From contig OY762007.1 in NCBI GenBank assembly GCA_963665115.1, positions 2,208,001-2,272,000 of the forward strand: a stretch of 64,000 nt of DNA, written 5' to 3'. Position 1 is the stretch's first letter. Every line of letters starts with the position of its first letter. The DNA comes from an uncultured Rivularia sp. GTDB lineage: Bacteria; Cyanobacteriota; Cyanobacteriia; Cyanobacteriales; Nostocaceae. The notes beneath the pieces are model-generated. The model did no database searches. It was not told the DNA's origin and saw only the letters and a program-made list of their open reading frames with translations. Below are positions 21,523 through 31,396 of this stretch, one piece after another. The position numbers and the translations under genes were made by a program.

Positions 21523-23292
21523 TTACTGAGTTCCTACCGCACCGGAGTAAACTGTACCCCGCTGTATATCCATAGTCAGAATTGCTCCATCCCTAATCAT
21601 TTTGGTTGCATTTTTAACCCCAACTATTACAGGTACCCCAAGACGCAATCCGATTACGGCAGCATGAGAAGTAAGACTTTCTTCCTCGGTGATAATACCG
21701 CCAGATTTGCGAATTGCTTCGACAAAATCCGCAGTTGTCGTTGGGGCTACTAAAATCTCTCCAGGATTAAAGTTATTTAGGTCGATGCCGCTATGAGCTA
21801 CCCGTGCGCGACCGCTGACAGAACCTTGTCCCAATCCTATTCCTTGCCCGAGTACAGCAGTTACAACTTCAACTTTAATTAAATCGGTAGAACCGGAAAT
21901 TCCTTGAAGAGTACCCGCACTCATGACGACTAGATCGCCTTCGTTTAATAAATTTTTCTCTTGAGCGACGTTGATAGCTGCTTGAAAAGTTTGACCAGTC
22001 GAAGGTAGCTCTAAAACTAATAATGGTTTGACTCCCCATACTAATTGCAGCTGTCTGGCTACGTTTACATGGGGTGTTATTGCCAAAATCGGAGTGCGAG
22101 GACGGAATTTAGAAACGTTACGGGCAGTAGCACCACTCTGAGTAAGTGTCATAATTGCAGCTGCCTCAAGCTGTTGGGAAATTTGACCTACTGCTTGAGA
22201 AATAGCATTAGGAATCGAACGTCTGGGGTCTGGTAATTGATTAGTATTTTTACTTGGGAAATCTTCTTTTTCAATGCGTTCGGCAATTCGGGCCATTGTG
22301 GCTACTGCTTCTACCGGATATTTACCGACTGCCGTTTCGTTAGAAAGCATCACCGCATCCGTACCATCTAGGATTGCGTTGGCTACATCCGATACTTCCG
22401 CCCGAGTTGGACGAGGATTGCTAACCATACTATCTAACATTTGAGTAGCGGTAATGATGGGAATACCCAAACGGTTTGCAGTGGCGATTAAACGCTTTTG
22501 CAGCACGGGGACATCTTCTGCCGGGAGTTCTACGCCTAAATCCCCTCTTGCCACCATTACACCATCACACAAAGCCAGAACAGCTTCCATTTGTTCAATA
22601 GCTTCATGCTTTTCAATTTTGGCTATTACTGGTACTTGTTTTCCCGCGCTAGAAATTAACTCCTTAATTTCCATTACATCTTGTGGATTGCGGACGAAGG
22701 AAAGGGCTACCCAATCGACACCTTGGTCTAAACCGAATACTAAATCCTCGCGGTCTTTATCGGTTAATGCCTTGATAGACAAATAAACGCCGGGGAAATT
22801 AACACCCTTGTTATTAGAAAGCTTACCTTCGACCGTAACGCTACAATGTAAATCGCCTTTTTCTTTGTCTACCTCCACAACCTGCATTTCCACTTTTCCA
22901 TCATCGAGAAGAATATTCGCTCCAACAGGAACTTCCTCTGCCAAATGCTCGTAGGTAATGCAGCTAATTTCTTGAGTACCGACAACTGGACGGTTAGTCA
23001 AAGTGAAGCGATCGCCCTTGGCTAGCACTATCGATCCATTTTCAAATTTACCCAAGCGAATTTTGGGACCCTGCAAATCTTGCAGAATCGCAACTGGTTT
23101 ATTTAGTTCAAATGCTGTTTGCCGAATCAACCGAATATTACGTTGATGATCGGCATGGCTTCCATGTGAAAAATTGAGCCGCAGCGTTGTTGCACCTGCT
23201 TCAATGAGAGCCTTAAGGACTTCAGGGCTGCTCGTAGCAGGTCCAATAGTGGCAACAATTTTTGTCCGGCGTACTGAATCTCTTAGTTCCAT
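21523..23292 (-). CDS. pyk: Pyruvate kinase with C-terminal PEP-utilising mobile domain
   Basis: RRTKIVATIGPA, DLQGPKIR, MVARGDLGVE, ATQMLDSM; C-terminal TSHAAV. Confidence 0.97.
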   Translation of the reverse strand: MELRDSVRRTKIVATIGPATSSPEVLKALIEAGATTLRLNFSHGSHADHQRNIRLIRQTAFELNKPVAILQDLQGPKIRLGKFENGSIVLAKGDRFTLTNRPVVGTQEISCITYEHLAEEVPVGANILLDDGKVEMQVVEVDKEKGDLHCSVTVEGKLSNNKGVNFPGVYLSIKALTDKDREDLVFGLDQGVDWVALSFVRNPQDVMEIKELISSAGKQVPVIAKIEKHEAIEQMEAVLALCDGVMVARGDLGVELPAEDVPVLQKRLIATANRLGIPIITATQMLDSMVSNPRPTRAEVSDVANAILDGTDAVMLSNETAVGKYPVEAVATMARIAERIEKEDFPSKNTNQLPDPRRSIPNAISQAVGQISQQLEAAAIMTLTQSGATARNVSKFRPRTPILAITPHVNVARQLQLVWGVKPLLVLELPSTGQTFQAAINVAQEKNLLNEGDLVVMSAGTLQGISGSTDLIKVEVVTAVLGQGIGLGQGSVSGRARVAHSGIDLNNFNPGEILVAPTTTADFVEAIRKSGGIITEEESLTSHAAVIGLRLGVPVIVGVKNATKMIRDGAILTMDIQRGTVYSGAVGTQ

Positions 23293-23638
23293 AGGGGGCT
23301 GCTGTATAGCGCTTCTAGCTAGGGAATAATCGTAGATGAAACTGAAACTTCTGTCTGTGGCTAGAAACGCAATAAATCAGAAATTAAAATTCCTAAACTA
23401 TAAAATTGTCTCATAATATCTCTCCACTTATATATTTTTATTACCGGTCGCTAGCAACTCGTAACTGTTAACTAGTAACCGTTCGCCTTAGAGCCACAAC
23501 CTTTGGGCGAAAACTGGTAGCTGTTGACTGTTGACTGATGCGCGATAAATGCAAAAATAAATGTTGGTACACAAAACTTTATTATTCTGTACTTCTGTGT
23601 CGTATACTCGCAAATATTTGGTAAATAAGGAGTTAACA

Positions 23639-24529
23639 ATGCTGATGTCGGAGGCAAAATCGCCACTGACACTCCCCCCCAAGGAACTTTTGTCCCCACC
23701 CGGTGGTTTCAATCCCACTGTGCAAATGTTTTTGGCCGCGATTGGGATTGTAATTCTATCTGTACTAGGTTATTGGGTTTGGCAATGGCCGCAATGGATA
23801 TGCTTCGGCATGAACGTTATTGCCTTGCATATGTCAGGTACGGTAATTCACGATGCTTGCCACCAGTCTGCTCATCGCAATCGGACAATTAACGCTCTGA
23901 TGGGACACGTTAGTGCGTTGATGCTTGTTTTTGCATTTCCGGTATTTACGAGAGTGCATTTACAACATCATGCGAATGTTAACGATCCAGAAAATGACCC
24001 AGACCATTATGTTTCGACAGGTGGTCCGCTATGGTTAATTGCGGTTCGCTTTTTCTACCATGAGATATTTTTCTTTAAACGCCGTTTGTGGCGCAAAAAT
24101 GAGCTTCTCGAATGGTTTATAAGTCGTCTTATAGTCATAGCTATTGTTATTGTTTCAGTGCATTTTAACTTTCTGGGCTACATTCTCAATTTCTGGTTTG
24201 TACCGTCAGGTATCGTTGGTTTGGCACTAGGCTTGTTTTTCGACTATTTGCCGCATCGTCCCTTCGTGGAACGCAATCGCTGGAAAAATGCTCGGGTTTA
24301 CGCAAGCCCAATTCTTAACGTGTTGATTTTGGGTCAAAATTATCATCTAATTCATCATCTATGGCCTTCAGTAGCTTGGTATAATTATCAACCTACATAC
24401 CGTTTGATGAAGCCGCTTTTGGATGAAAAAGAATGCCATCAATCACTAGGTTTGCTTAGAAAAAAAGACTTTCTGGAATTTATGTATGACCTAGTTTTAG
24501 GAATTCGTTTTCACTCTAAGAAGGAGTAG
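23639..24529 (+). CDS. crtR: Beta-carotene hydroxylase
   Basis: His boxes HDACH, HLQHH, HLIHH; DPENDPDH; AAGGAG RBS before ATG 23639. Confidence 0.92.
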   Translation: MLMSEAKSPLTLPPKELLSPPGGFNPTVQMFLAAIGIVILSVLGYWVWQWPQWICFGMNVIALHMSGTVIHDACHQSAHRNRTINALMGHVSALMLVFAFPVFTRVHLQHHANVNDPENDPDHYVSTGGPLWLIAVRFFYHEIFFFKRRLWRKNELLEWFISRLIVIAIVIVSVHFNFLGYILNFWFVPSGIVGLALGLFFDYLPHRPFVERNRWKNARVYASPILNVLILGQNYHLIHHLWPSVAWYNYQPTYRLMKPLLDEKECHQSLGLLRKKDFLEFMYDLVLGIRFHSKKE

Positions 24530-24534
24530 AGGAA

Positions 24535-24643
24535 TGGGGAGACAAGGGGACAAGGACAGCCGGGGAGTGGGGGAAGAAAGTTCCCAATTCCCAATTCCCA
24601 ATTCCCAATTCCCATCCCAATTACCAATTACCAATTACCAAAT
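24535..24643. repeat. STRR arrays (GGGGACA/TTCCCAA/TTACCAA)
   Basis: Direct reading. Confidence 0.85.
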
Positions 24644-24928
24644 TCAAATGTCGCTAGATATACTTTGAGCCTGTATAATTTCGGTATGAGCATTAAATTG
24701 CAATCTGTTTAAAGATTCTGTGAAAAACACAAAACCTTTATAGGCAGTTGCATATTTATAGATTTTGGTGAAAAATCCCTCTGCTGTTTCAACCACCAGC
24801 GGTTCTTCACTTTTAGAAACAATTGTCATAAAATCTTCCGACTTTACCCGAACTCCAGTTCCTCTGTCAGTGAAGACTCTTCCACCAATAGCTGCTGGTT
24901 GAGTCGCGTCACAACCGTCAAACTTCAT
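24644..24928 (-). CDS. Hypothetical protein
   Basis: 94-aa ORF with globular composition, co-oriented downstream of aroH. Confidence 0.6.
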   Translation of the reverse strand: MKFDGCDATQPAAIGGRVFTDRGTGVRVKSEDFMTIVSKSEEPLVVETAEGFFTKIYKYATAYKGFVFFTESLNRLQFNAHTEIIQAQSISSDI

Positions 24929-24992
24929 AGTATTTTAAGTATTTTCACATAGAATTGGGTACATTCTACACTTTTGACTCTGTTGTTGACTG

Positions 24993-25379
24993 TCATGCTT
25001 GTAACGGCTGGGGTAAATTCCAGTCAGGACGAAGCTTAGAAGCATTACGTAAATAAATATGGCTTATGGTGGTGGAAGATTTAATGTATGTGTGGATCAA
25101 AATCCGAATGCACTTTTCCAAGCTCCCTGGAACATACATTTGCTGTACATCTATCATCGGAACATTATTCCAATCATCACGATAACGAGCCACAGCAGCC
25201 GGGAAAATAGCATCTAAATCGGATGTTACCGAAAAAGTAACGCTAATCATATCCGTTGGATGCAAGTTATTACGTTTTTCAATTTCGTCTAATATTTCCA
25301 TTACAGCTTCCTGGATTGCTTCAACCGTATTTTCTGAAACGGTTGTTGCTCCACGAATTGCCTGCATTCGCCATTCCAC
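24993..25379 (-). CDS. aroH: Chorismate mutase, AroH class
   Basis: AIRGATT, FSVT.DL.A.FPA, CIR.L, YL..A..LRPD; GGAGG RBS. Confidence 0.95.
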   Translation of the reverse strand: MEWRMQAIRGATTVSENTVEAIQEAVMEILDEIEKRNNLHPTDMISVTFSVTSDLDAIFPAAVARYRDDWNNVPMIDVQQMYVPGSLEKCIRILIHTYIKSSTTISHIYLRNASKLRPDWNLPQPLQA

Positions 25380-25608
25380 TTAAAAATCCTCCTAATCAAA
25401 AACACGAGTCATTAGTTATTATTCATCAACTTTGAGTAAAGAACAATTGAGTGTTAACTAATAACGAATGACTATGTTTTATTTTTTTTTAAATTGGGAG
25501 CATCACAATTTTTGAAATATATTTTGAAATATATATCGTAGTGCGTTAGCGCAGCGAAATTGAAAATTTAGGATGCTACCTTTGCTACGTTTTAATTAGA
25601 TGCTTAAT

Positions 25609-26424
25609 TCAAGGGCGATACAGCCACAGAGGTAAACCAGACGTAGACAACTCAAATTCTAACCAATCAATTTTGCTTAGTCCATTTTTGACTTTGTTAC
25701 CTGGTAAAATCTTGCTGTACCAAGGCTTGGGTTCTTCTAAGGTATAAACTTCGGTTTTTTCTGGATCGAGATTTACCAATTCTGCTGCCCAACGACGAGC
25801 ATCTTCCTCAGTTCCTAATCTATCAACAACCCCTAATTCCACAGCTTGCTCTCCGGTAAAAATTCTGCCGTCAGCGAAGGTTCTAACTGTTTCCGGCGTT
25901 AAATTACGTCCCTCTGCGACTGTTTGCACAAACTGCCGATAACTTGTATCAATCAATTCTTGCAGAATAGTTTCTTCACTATCAGTTAGTTCTCTATCGA
26001 AAGACAAAATGTCTTTATAAGGACCGGATTTTATTACCTTGAAGGAAACACCAATTTTATCTAATAAGCGTTGTAAATTGTTTCCGCGCAAGATCACACC
26101 GATACTACCCGTAATGGTTCCGGGATTAGCCATGATGTGTTCTGCCCCCATACCGATATATACACCCCCGGAAGCAGAAATATTGCCGAAACTAGCGACA
26201 ATTTTCATTTTTTCACGCAAACGCTTGAGGGCACTGTAGATTTCTTGCGAGTCTCCTACGGTACCACCAGGGCTATCAATCCGTAATAGTAAAGCAGGAA
26301 ATTTTTTCTCCTCTACAGTTTTGAGTGCTTCCAAAACCCGTTTGCGAGTACTACCTGCGATCGCGCCATTAATTTCTATCTTGGCAATTTGCTTGCGAAA
26401 CTTTGACTTAAAAGGCCAAACCAT
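25609..26424 (-). CDS. sppA: Signal peptide peptidase SppA (short form)
   Basis: RIDSPGG, SASGGVY, TGSIGV, SGPYKD, DGRIFTG. Confidence 0.93.
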   Translation of the reverse strand: MVWPFKSKFRKQIAKIEINGAIAGSTRKRVLEALKTVEEKKFPALLLRIDSPGGTVGDSQEIYSALKRLREKMKIVASFGNISASGGVYIGMGAEHIMANPGTITGSIGVILRGNNLQRLLDKIGVSFKVIKSGPYKDILSFDRELTDSEETILQELIDTSYRQFVQTVAEGRNLTPETVRTFADGRIFTGEQAVELGVVDRLGTEEDARRWAAELVNLDPEKTEVYTLEEPKPWYSKILPGNKVKNGLSKIDWLEFELSTSGLPLWLYRP

Positions 26425-26850
26425 GAGCAGTAAACAGAACCTTGCGATATTTTTTGCTTAATATTACCTACACACCAACAACGGAAATATAGTATTCCAG
26501 AAGTTGATATCACCCTAACTCCTCACTAATTTAGGACGATTTGTATAAATCTTATTTGAATTAAAACATTAGCTTTAATTTATAAATGCGTAAAGCATCT
26601 GCTGTCAAAAATATAAGCAGAGGCAAAATTACAAGCTAGATTTGATAAATTTTTCTGTCTTGAAATGTATTTTAGTTTTCTTTAAAAAGTTTTCTGCTAA
26701 ACAATTTTCTAAACAATTTTGTTTAACGGTCAAAGGTCTTTTGTTAATTTTCTAATATTCTACAATTAATAAATACCATAGTCTTCAGCTTTAATCTTAC
26801 AGTTTAAGAGACTAAAACCAAAAAAAATCGCACAGCAAAGAATCTAGCAC

Positions 26851-27147
26851 TTAAGAACCTATTCGTAAAATTTGACACCGGTAGTATACATAAGTGTCGA
26901 AAAGCGCTCCAACAAAGCTACAAGTTAAACAAATTACAAACAACCCCTGTAAAGGAGTACCGCTTCCAAAAGTAGCTAAGAAATGAGAAATTTGAGTTGC
27001 GATTATTTCACCCAGAGCTTGTAAACCAGGAAGCAAACTCAAAAGCGATAAAATCAGTAATGCTACCCCAATAAATATCATTGGAGCCACGAAACTCAAA
27101 ATAATCGTTAGAAGCAAAGAGCGAAGAAAGCTTGTAAACATGGTCAT
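26851..27147 (-). CDS. Small membrane hypothetical protein
   Basis: 98 aa, two hydrophobic segments, FLATFG and GALFDTY motifs. Confidence 0.65.
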   Translation of the reverse strand: MTMFTSFLRSLLLTIILSFVAPMIFIGVALLILSLLSLLPGLQALGEIIATQISHFLATFGSGTPLQGLFVICLTCSFVGALFDTYVYYRCQILRIGS

Positions 27148-27552
27148 AGGAATTATTCCATGATGATGATTAACAACAGTCGGTGTCTGTCACCTTCTAC
27201 AATAAGCGCAATTATGCTATATCAAACCGCATTTAAAGAATCTTAAGTTTTAATTAAAATATGTTCATATAGTTTGTAGTCTATGTTTACTATTACAAAT
27301 GGCATTCACTCAATCAAATCCACCATATATCAAGGCTTAAGCTCACACTACAATTTTTCTTGTATCGATGCATACAGTTAATAACAGCCTTGATTTATGA
27401 GAGCAATTTTTTACTTAAGTTAATGTAAAGCGCGATTTTAGGAGTTAGGAGTTAGGAGCCAATAACTGATAATTGGTAACTGGTAACTGTTTTTCACCTT
27501 TTGTCGATATCTTTCGCTATTATGACGGCAATTGCAGAATTAATTAAAAATT

Positions 27553-28352
27553 GTGAGCCAAGCAACATCTAAATCCAGTTTGGGAGCATGGAGCCTGCGA
27601 TTGCTGGCGGCTGTGTTCTTGATTGGACAAGTAATAATTCATTTATTTAAAGGTAAAATTCATCGCCGCAATACTTTAGAACAAATGGCTGCTGTGGGGG
27701 CCCTGACTCACTATTTATCGCCTTAGTTACAGCTGTGTTTGTAGGTGCGGTGTTTACTATTCAGGTTGCACGAGAGTTTATTAATTTTGGCGCGGGAAAC
27801 GCTGTAGGAGGAGTATTAGCAGTAGCGCTGACGCGAGAACTTTCTCCCGTACTTACAGCAGTCGTTCTGGCAGGACGAGTTGGTTCGGCATTCGCTGCGG
27901 AAATTGGTACTATGCGAGTAACGGAGCAAATTGACGCTTTGTTGATGTTAAAAACTGACCCAGTAGACTATCTAGTTATTCCTCGCGTGCTTGCTTGCTG
28001 CTTAATGTTGCCGATTTTGACTTTACTATCTTTGGTAACGGGTATGGCGGGAGGTTTATTTATTGCTAAAAATTTGTACAATCTATCGGATACCCAGTTT
28101 CTAGACTCAGCTCGTAATTTTCTAGGAGTTTGGGATATTTTAAGCGCAATGATCAAAGCTCTTTGTTTCGGACTTTTAGTTGCCGTAATTGGCTGTAACT
28201 GGGGTTTAACCACAACAGGAGGAGCAAAAGGCGTAGGTCAATCCACTACCACAGCAGTTGTTACAGCCTTATTAATTATATTTATTGCCAACTTCTTTCT
28301 TTCTTGGATAATGTTTCAAGGTACTGGAGGTGCTTTGTTACAAGGTATTTAG
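27553..28352 (+). CDS. mlaE: MlaE/TGD1-family lipid ABC permease; frameshift at GGGGGCCC 27696-27703
   Basis: GTG 27553 gives MSQATSK...TLEQMAAVG, resuming PDSLFIAL...; RELSPV, AGRVGSA.AAEIGTM.VTEQIDAL. Confidence 0.9.
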
Positions 28353-28478
28353 TAATTTGAGTTGAGAGTTAGGAGTTAGGAGTTAGGAGTTACTAATTTA
28401 TAACTGTTCGCTGTTCACTGTTAACCGCTAACTTCTAGAATAAGAACAATGTCTTTTGACAAATATTATTTTTAGATA

Positions 28479-28871
28479 ATGACTACTTCACTTACATCTA
28501 ACTCAACATCTACTGTAGAACTGAAGCCTAGCTACAACATACCTATAGTCTTGATTGTTGCCTCGATTCCCTTGCTGCTGATTGGACAACCCGTAGCTGG
28601 AGGAATAATCGGCTTGTTTGGTTTATTCCTTATGTACCAAGCGGTAACACTACGTTTACAATTTACTGCTACTGATTTAGACCTTTTTAGAGGTGATAAA
28701 TTGCTTCGTCGCTTTCCTTATAGCGAGTGGCTGAATTGGCGTATCTTCTGGAATATAGTTCCAATTTTGTTTTACTTCAAAGAAATTAAAAGCATTCACT
28801 TTTTGCCAATTTTGTTCGATCCTAAAAATCTTAAGGCTTGTTTGGAAGAACGTTGTCCAAGGATCGATTAG
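28479..28871 (+). CDS. DUF3119-family membrane protein
   Basis: RRFPY.EW.NW, LFYFKE..SIHFLP; usual cyanobacterial position between mlaE and DUF3086. Confidence 0.8.
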   Translation: MTTSLTSNSTSTVELKPSYNIPIVLIVASIPLLLIGQPVAGGIIGLFGLFLMYQAVTLRLQFTATDLDLFRGDKLLRRFPYSEWLNWRIFWNIVPILFYFKEIKSIHFLPILFDPKNLKACLEERCPRID

Positions 28872-29136
28872 GGAGTGAGGAGTGGGGAGTGGGGAGTAAA
28901 TTTCTTTTTATTCTTATCGTCATAAATGTGGCTGCTAATTACGTCTATTTTTACTCGCTACTCACTACTCGTAACTCACTACTTGAAGAATTTCCCCATC
29001 TGCCCGATCGGCTGTAATTATTGGTTCACCTCACTGGTAAAATGTGAAATTGATACTTTATATTGGTTCTTATATTGAAATTTGTAAAGTTAGCATTTAT
29101 GAATTCGCCTCATTCTTTTAGGGGCTTAGATTAATT

Positions 29137-30315
29137 ATGAGCCAAGACGAAAATTATAACGAAGAACAATTTCAACTAGGTTCTACAGAAGAAAATTCAT
29201 TAACTTCAGTTACTTCCAATATGGCGAATTCCAGCGAACAGAATACCCCAGAAGATTCGCAAATAAACTCGAAATCAATTGATAACTCTCCGGAATACAA
29301 CCTGGCGGCTCAAAGAGTCGCGCAATTACAACTGACTGAAGAATCTTTAAAACAGGAAATATCCGATTTACAAGCGTCTTACAAAACTCTTCAGTCTGAA
29401 GTCGGTAATACTCAAAAAGCGCTTTCTAAAATGACCCAAGAAGCGCTTTCGGAATTAGAACAACGCAAACAAACTTTATCAATTTCTATTGAACAACTCG
29501 AACGCCGTCAAGAACGCATTCGTAATGAAATGCGAACTACTTTCGCCGGTGCTTCTCAAGAATTAGCAATTCGAGTTCAGGGTTTTAAAGATTATCTAAC
29601 TGGTAGTTTGGTAGATTTAGCAGCAGCTGCCGAACAGTTAGAGCTAGTGCCTCCTACTAAGCTAGAACCTCAAAAATTAGCTGTTCGAGAAGCTGAACCA
29701 GATGATGATTTTGATGACGAATATGAAGACGAGTATGAGGAGCGGGATACTTCGGACTTTAGCCGGGGACAGTTTCAAGATACTACGAAAAAAATTCGGC
29801 AGCTAGTAGATCAATATCGTACTAAACCAGATTACTACGGTCCACCGTGGCAATTACGCCGTACATTTGAACCAGTTCACGCAGAACGAGTTTCTACTTG
29901 GTTTTTCAAGCAAGGAGGAAGAGGTGCTTTAAGAACAATGGGTAGTCGGTTACAAAATACGCTTATTGCTTCAGCAATTGTATCTATACTGCATTCCTTA
30001 TACGGCAATAAAGTTCGTACTTTGGTTTTAGCTAATTCCCCGGAACGTTTGGGAGAATGGCGACGCGGTTTACAAGATTGTTTAGGGATTGGTCGTCCGG
30101 ATTTTGGTCCAGATAGAGGCTTAGCATTATTTGAAACATCTTCAGCCGTCGCGCAAAAAGCAGAGCGTCTGGTAAAAGCTGGTTTACAACCGTTTATTAT
30201 TATCGATGATTCAGAAGAACAAATTAATGTAGGGTTGTTGCAATTTCCATTATGGTTAGCTTTTGCTCCTGACCCCAAGATGATGAGAGACTATTATGAG
30301 GATGAATTTTTCTAA
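29137..30315 (+). CDS. DUF3086-family coiled-coil protein
   Basis: FAG.SQ.LA.RV.GFKDYL, PDYYGPPWQLRR, ERLGEWRRGLQD. Confidence 0.8.
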   Translation: MSQDENYNEEQFQLGSTEENSLTSVTSNMANSSEQNTPEDSQINSKSIDNSPEYNLAAQRVAQLQLTEESLKQEISDLQASYKTLQSEVGNTQKALSKMTQEALSELEQRKQTLSISIEQLERRQERIRNEMRTTFAGASQELAIRVQGFKDYLTGSLVDLAAAAEQLELVPPTKLEPQKLAVREAEPDDDFDDEYEDEYEERDTSDFSRGQFQDTTKKIRQLVDQYRTKPDYYGPPWQLRRTFEPVHAERVSTWFFKQGGRGALRTMGSRLQNTLIASAIVSILHSLYGNKVRTLVLANSPERLGEWRRGLQDCLGIGRPDFGPDRGLALFETSSAVAQKAERLVKAGLQPFIIIDDSEEQINVGLLQFPLWLAFAPDPKMMRDYYEDEFF

Positions 30316-30331
30316 GAGTTGTTAGTTTCGA

Positions 30332-30436
30332 TAAGTGCTTAGGCAAAATTAATTGTGTATTGTCATTGCGAGGAACGAAGCAATCCCAAAATTTTGAAGC
30401 TTTCAGAATGTAAAATGAATTTTGCACAACTACTTA
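30332..30436. mobile_element. Degenerate MITE-like element with imperfect TIRs
   Basis: TAAGTGCTTAGGCAAAATT...AATTTTGCACAACTACTTA enclosing GTCATTGCGAGGAACGAAGCAATC. Confidence 0.5.
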
Positions 30437-30485
30437 GCGAGCAAGATGCTTAGTTCCGATAGCGAGCAAGATGCTCGCACTACAA
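30436..30485 (-). repeat. One full and one partial inverted copy of the 12268 repeat core
   Basis: AGCGAGCAAGATGCTCGCACTACAA at 30461-30485 is the exact reverse complement; partial copy at 30436-30450. Confidence 0.9.
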
Positions 30486-30510
30486 CCATTAACAGATAAC
30501 TTCTAAAAAT

Positions 30511-31206
30511 ATGGCTATTTGGTTAAGTTTGTGTGGAGCAATTTTAGTCGCAGCTTATCTTTTAGGTTCTACCCCTACAGGCTACACGCTGGTAAAGCTG
30601 TTAAAGGGAATTGATATTACAGAAATTGGTTCTGGTTCGACTGGTGCAACTAATGTCTTAAGAACTTTGGGTAAAGGTCCTGGTGCATTCGTTTTACTGG
30701 TTGACTGTTTGAAAGGTGTTTTGTCAATATTTCTGGTTTATAGGTTGTTTGAACTTGCGTCTAGCAATAATCTGATTCCGGCAACAGTTAACCCCGAATG
30801 GCAACCAATCATGGTAACTTTAGCCGGTTTAGCTGCCATACTCGGACATAGTAAATCAATATTTTTAGGATTTCGTGGCGGTAAATCCGTAGCTACGAGT
30901 TTAGGAATTTTGTTAGCCATGAATTGGCAAATTGGTTTAGCGACATTTGGAGTATTTGCCGTAGTTGTTGCGATATCGCGAATTGTATCTTTGAGTTCTA
31001 TTTGTGGCGCGATCGCAGTTTCTGTTTTCATGGTTTTACTGCATCAACCGCTGCCATATATATTGTTTGGTATTGCTGGTGGCTTTTATGTCATTATCCG
31101 CCATCGTAGCAATATTGAGCGATTACTTGCTGGTACCGAACCAAAGTTGGGACAAAAATCAACGGTAGAAGCGGAAGCAGAGCAGACTGTTAGTTCGACT
31201 GGTTGA
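30511..31206 (+). CDS. plsY: Glycerol-3-phosphate acyltransferase
   Basis: YLLGS, GSGSTGATNV.R, D..KG, GH, F.GGKSVAT, RH..NI.RL..G.E. Confidence 0.96.
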   Translation: MAIWLSLCGAILVAAYLLGSTPTGYTLVKLLKGIDITEIGSGSTGATNVLRTLGKGPGAFVLLVDCLKGVLSIFLVYRLFELASSNNLIPATVNPEWQPIMVTLAGLAAILGHSKSIFLGFRGGKSVATSLGILLAMNWQIGLATFGVFAVVVAISRIVSLSSICGAIAVSVFMVLLHQPLPYILFGIAGGFYVIIRHRSNIERLLAGTEPKLGQKSTVEAEAEQTVSSTG

Positions 31207-31306
31207 ATTATAAGATTTTAATCAGAAATTAATCCCAATGTGAATCAAAAATATGGAGACGTAGCAGTGCTGCGTCTCTACATTTATGGTTAAAATACAT
31301 CGCAAC

Positions 31307-31346
31307 GTAAAGTAAACTTGACTTATAGTAATTTAAACTTTACTAT
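31307..31346 (+). promoter_or_regulatory. Sigma70-type promoter overlapped by two imperfect palindromic operators
   Basis: TTGACT(31318)-N17-TACTAT(31341); GTAAAGTAAACTTGAC (31307) and GTAATTTAAACTTTAC (31328), 21 bp apart. Confidence 0.7.
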
Positions 31347-31396
31347 AAAAGCATGGTGGTAAAAATAAGCTATGCAAGTATATTAATTTGCAACCA

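Noticed and set aside
27361..27376. Perfect TGTA-N8-TACA NtcA-like site in a divergent intergenic region
   Set aside because: No TAN3T -10 box at the canonical spacing on either strand, and such matches can arise by chance in AT-rich DNA.
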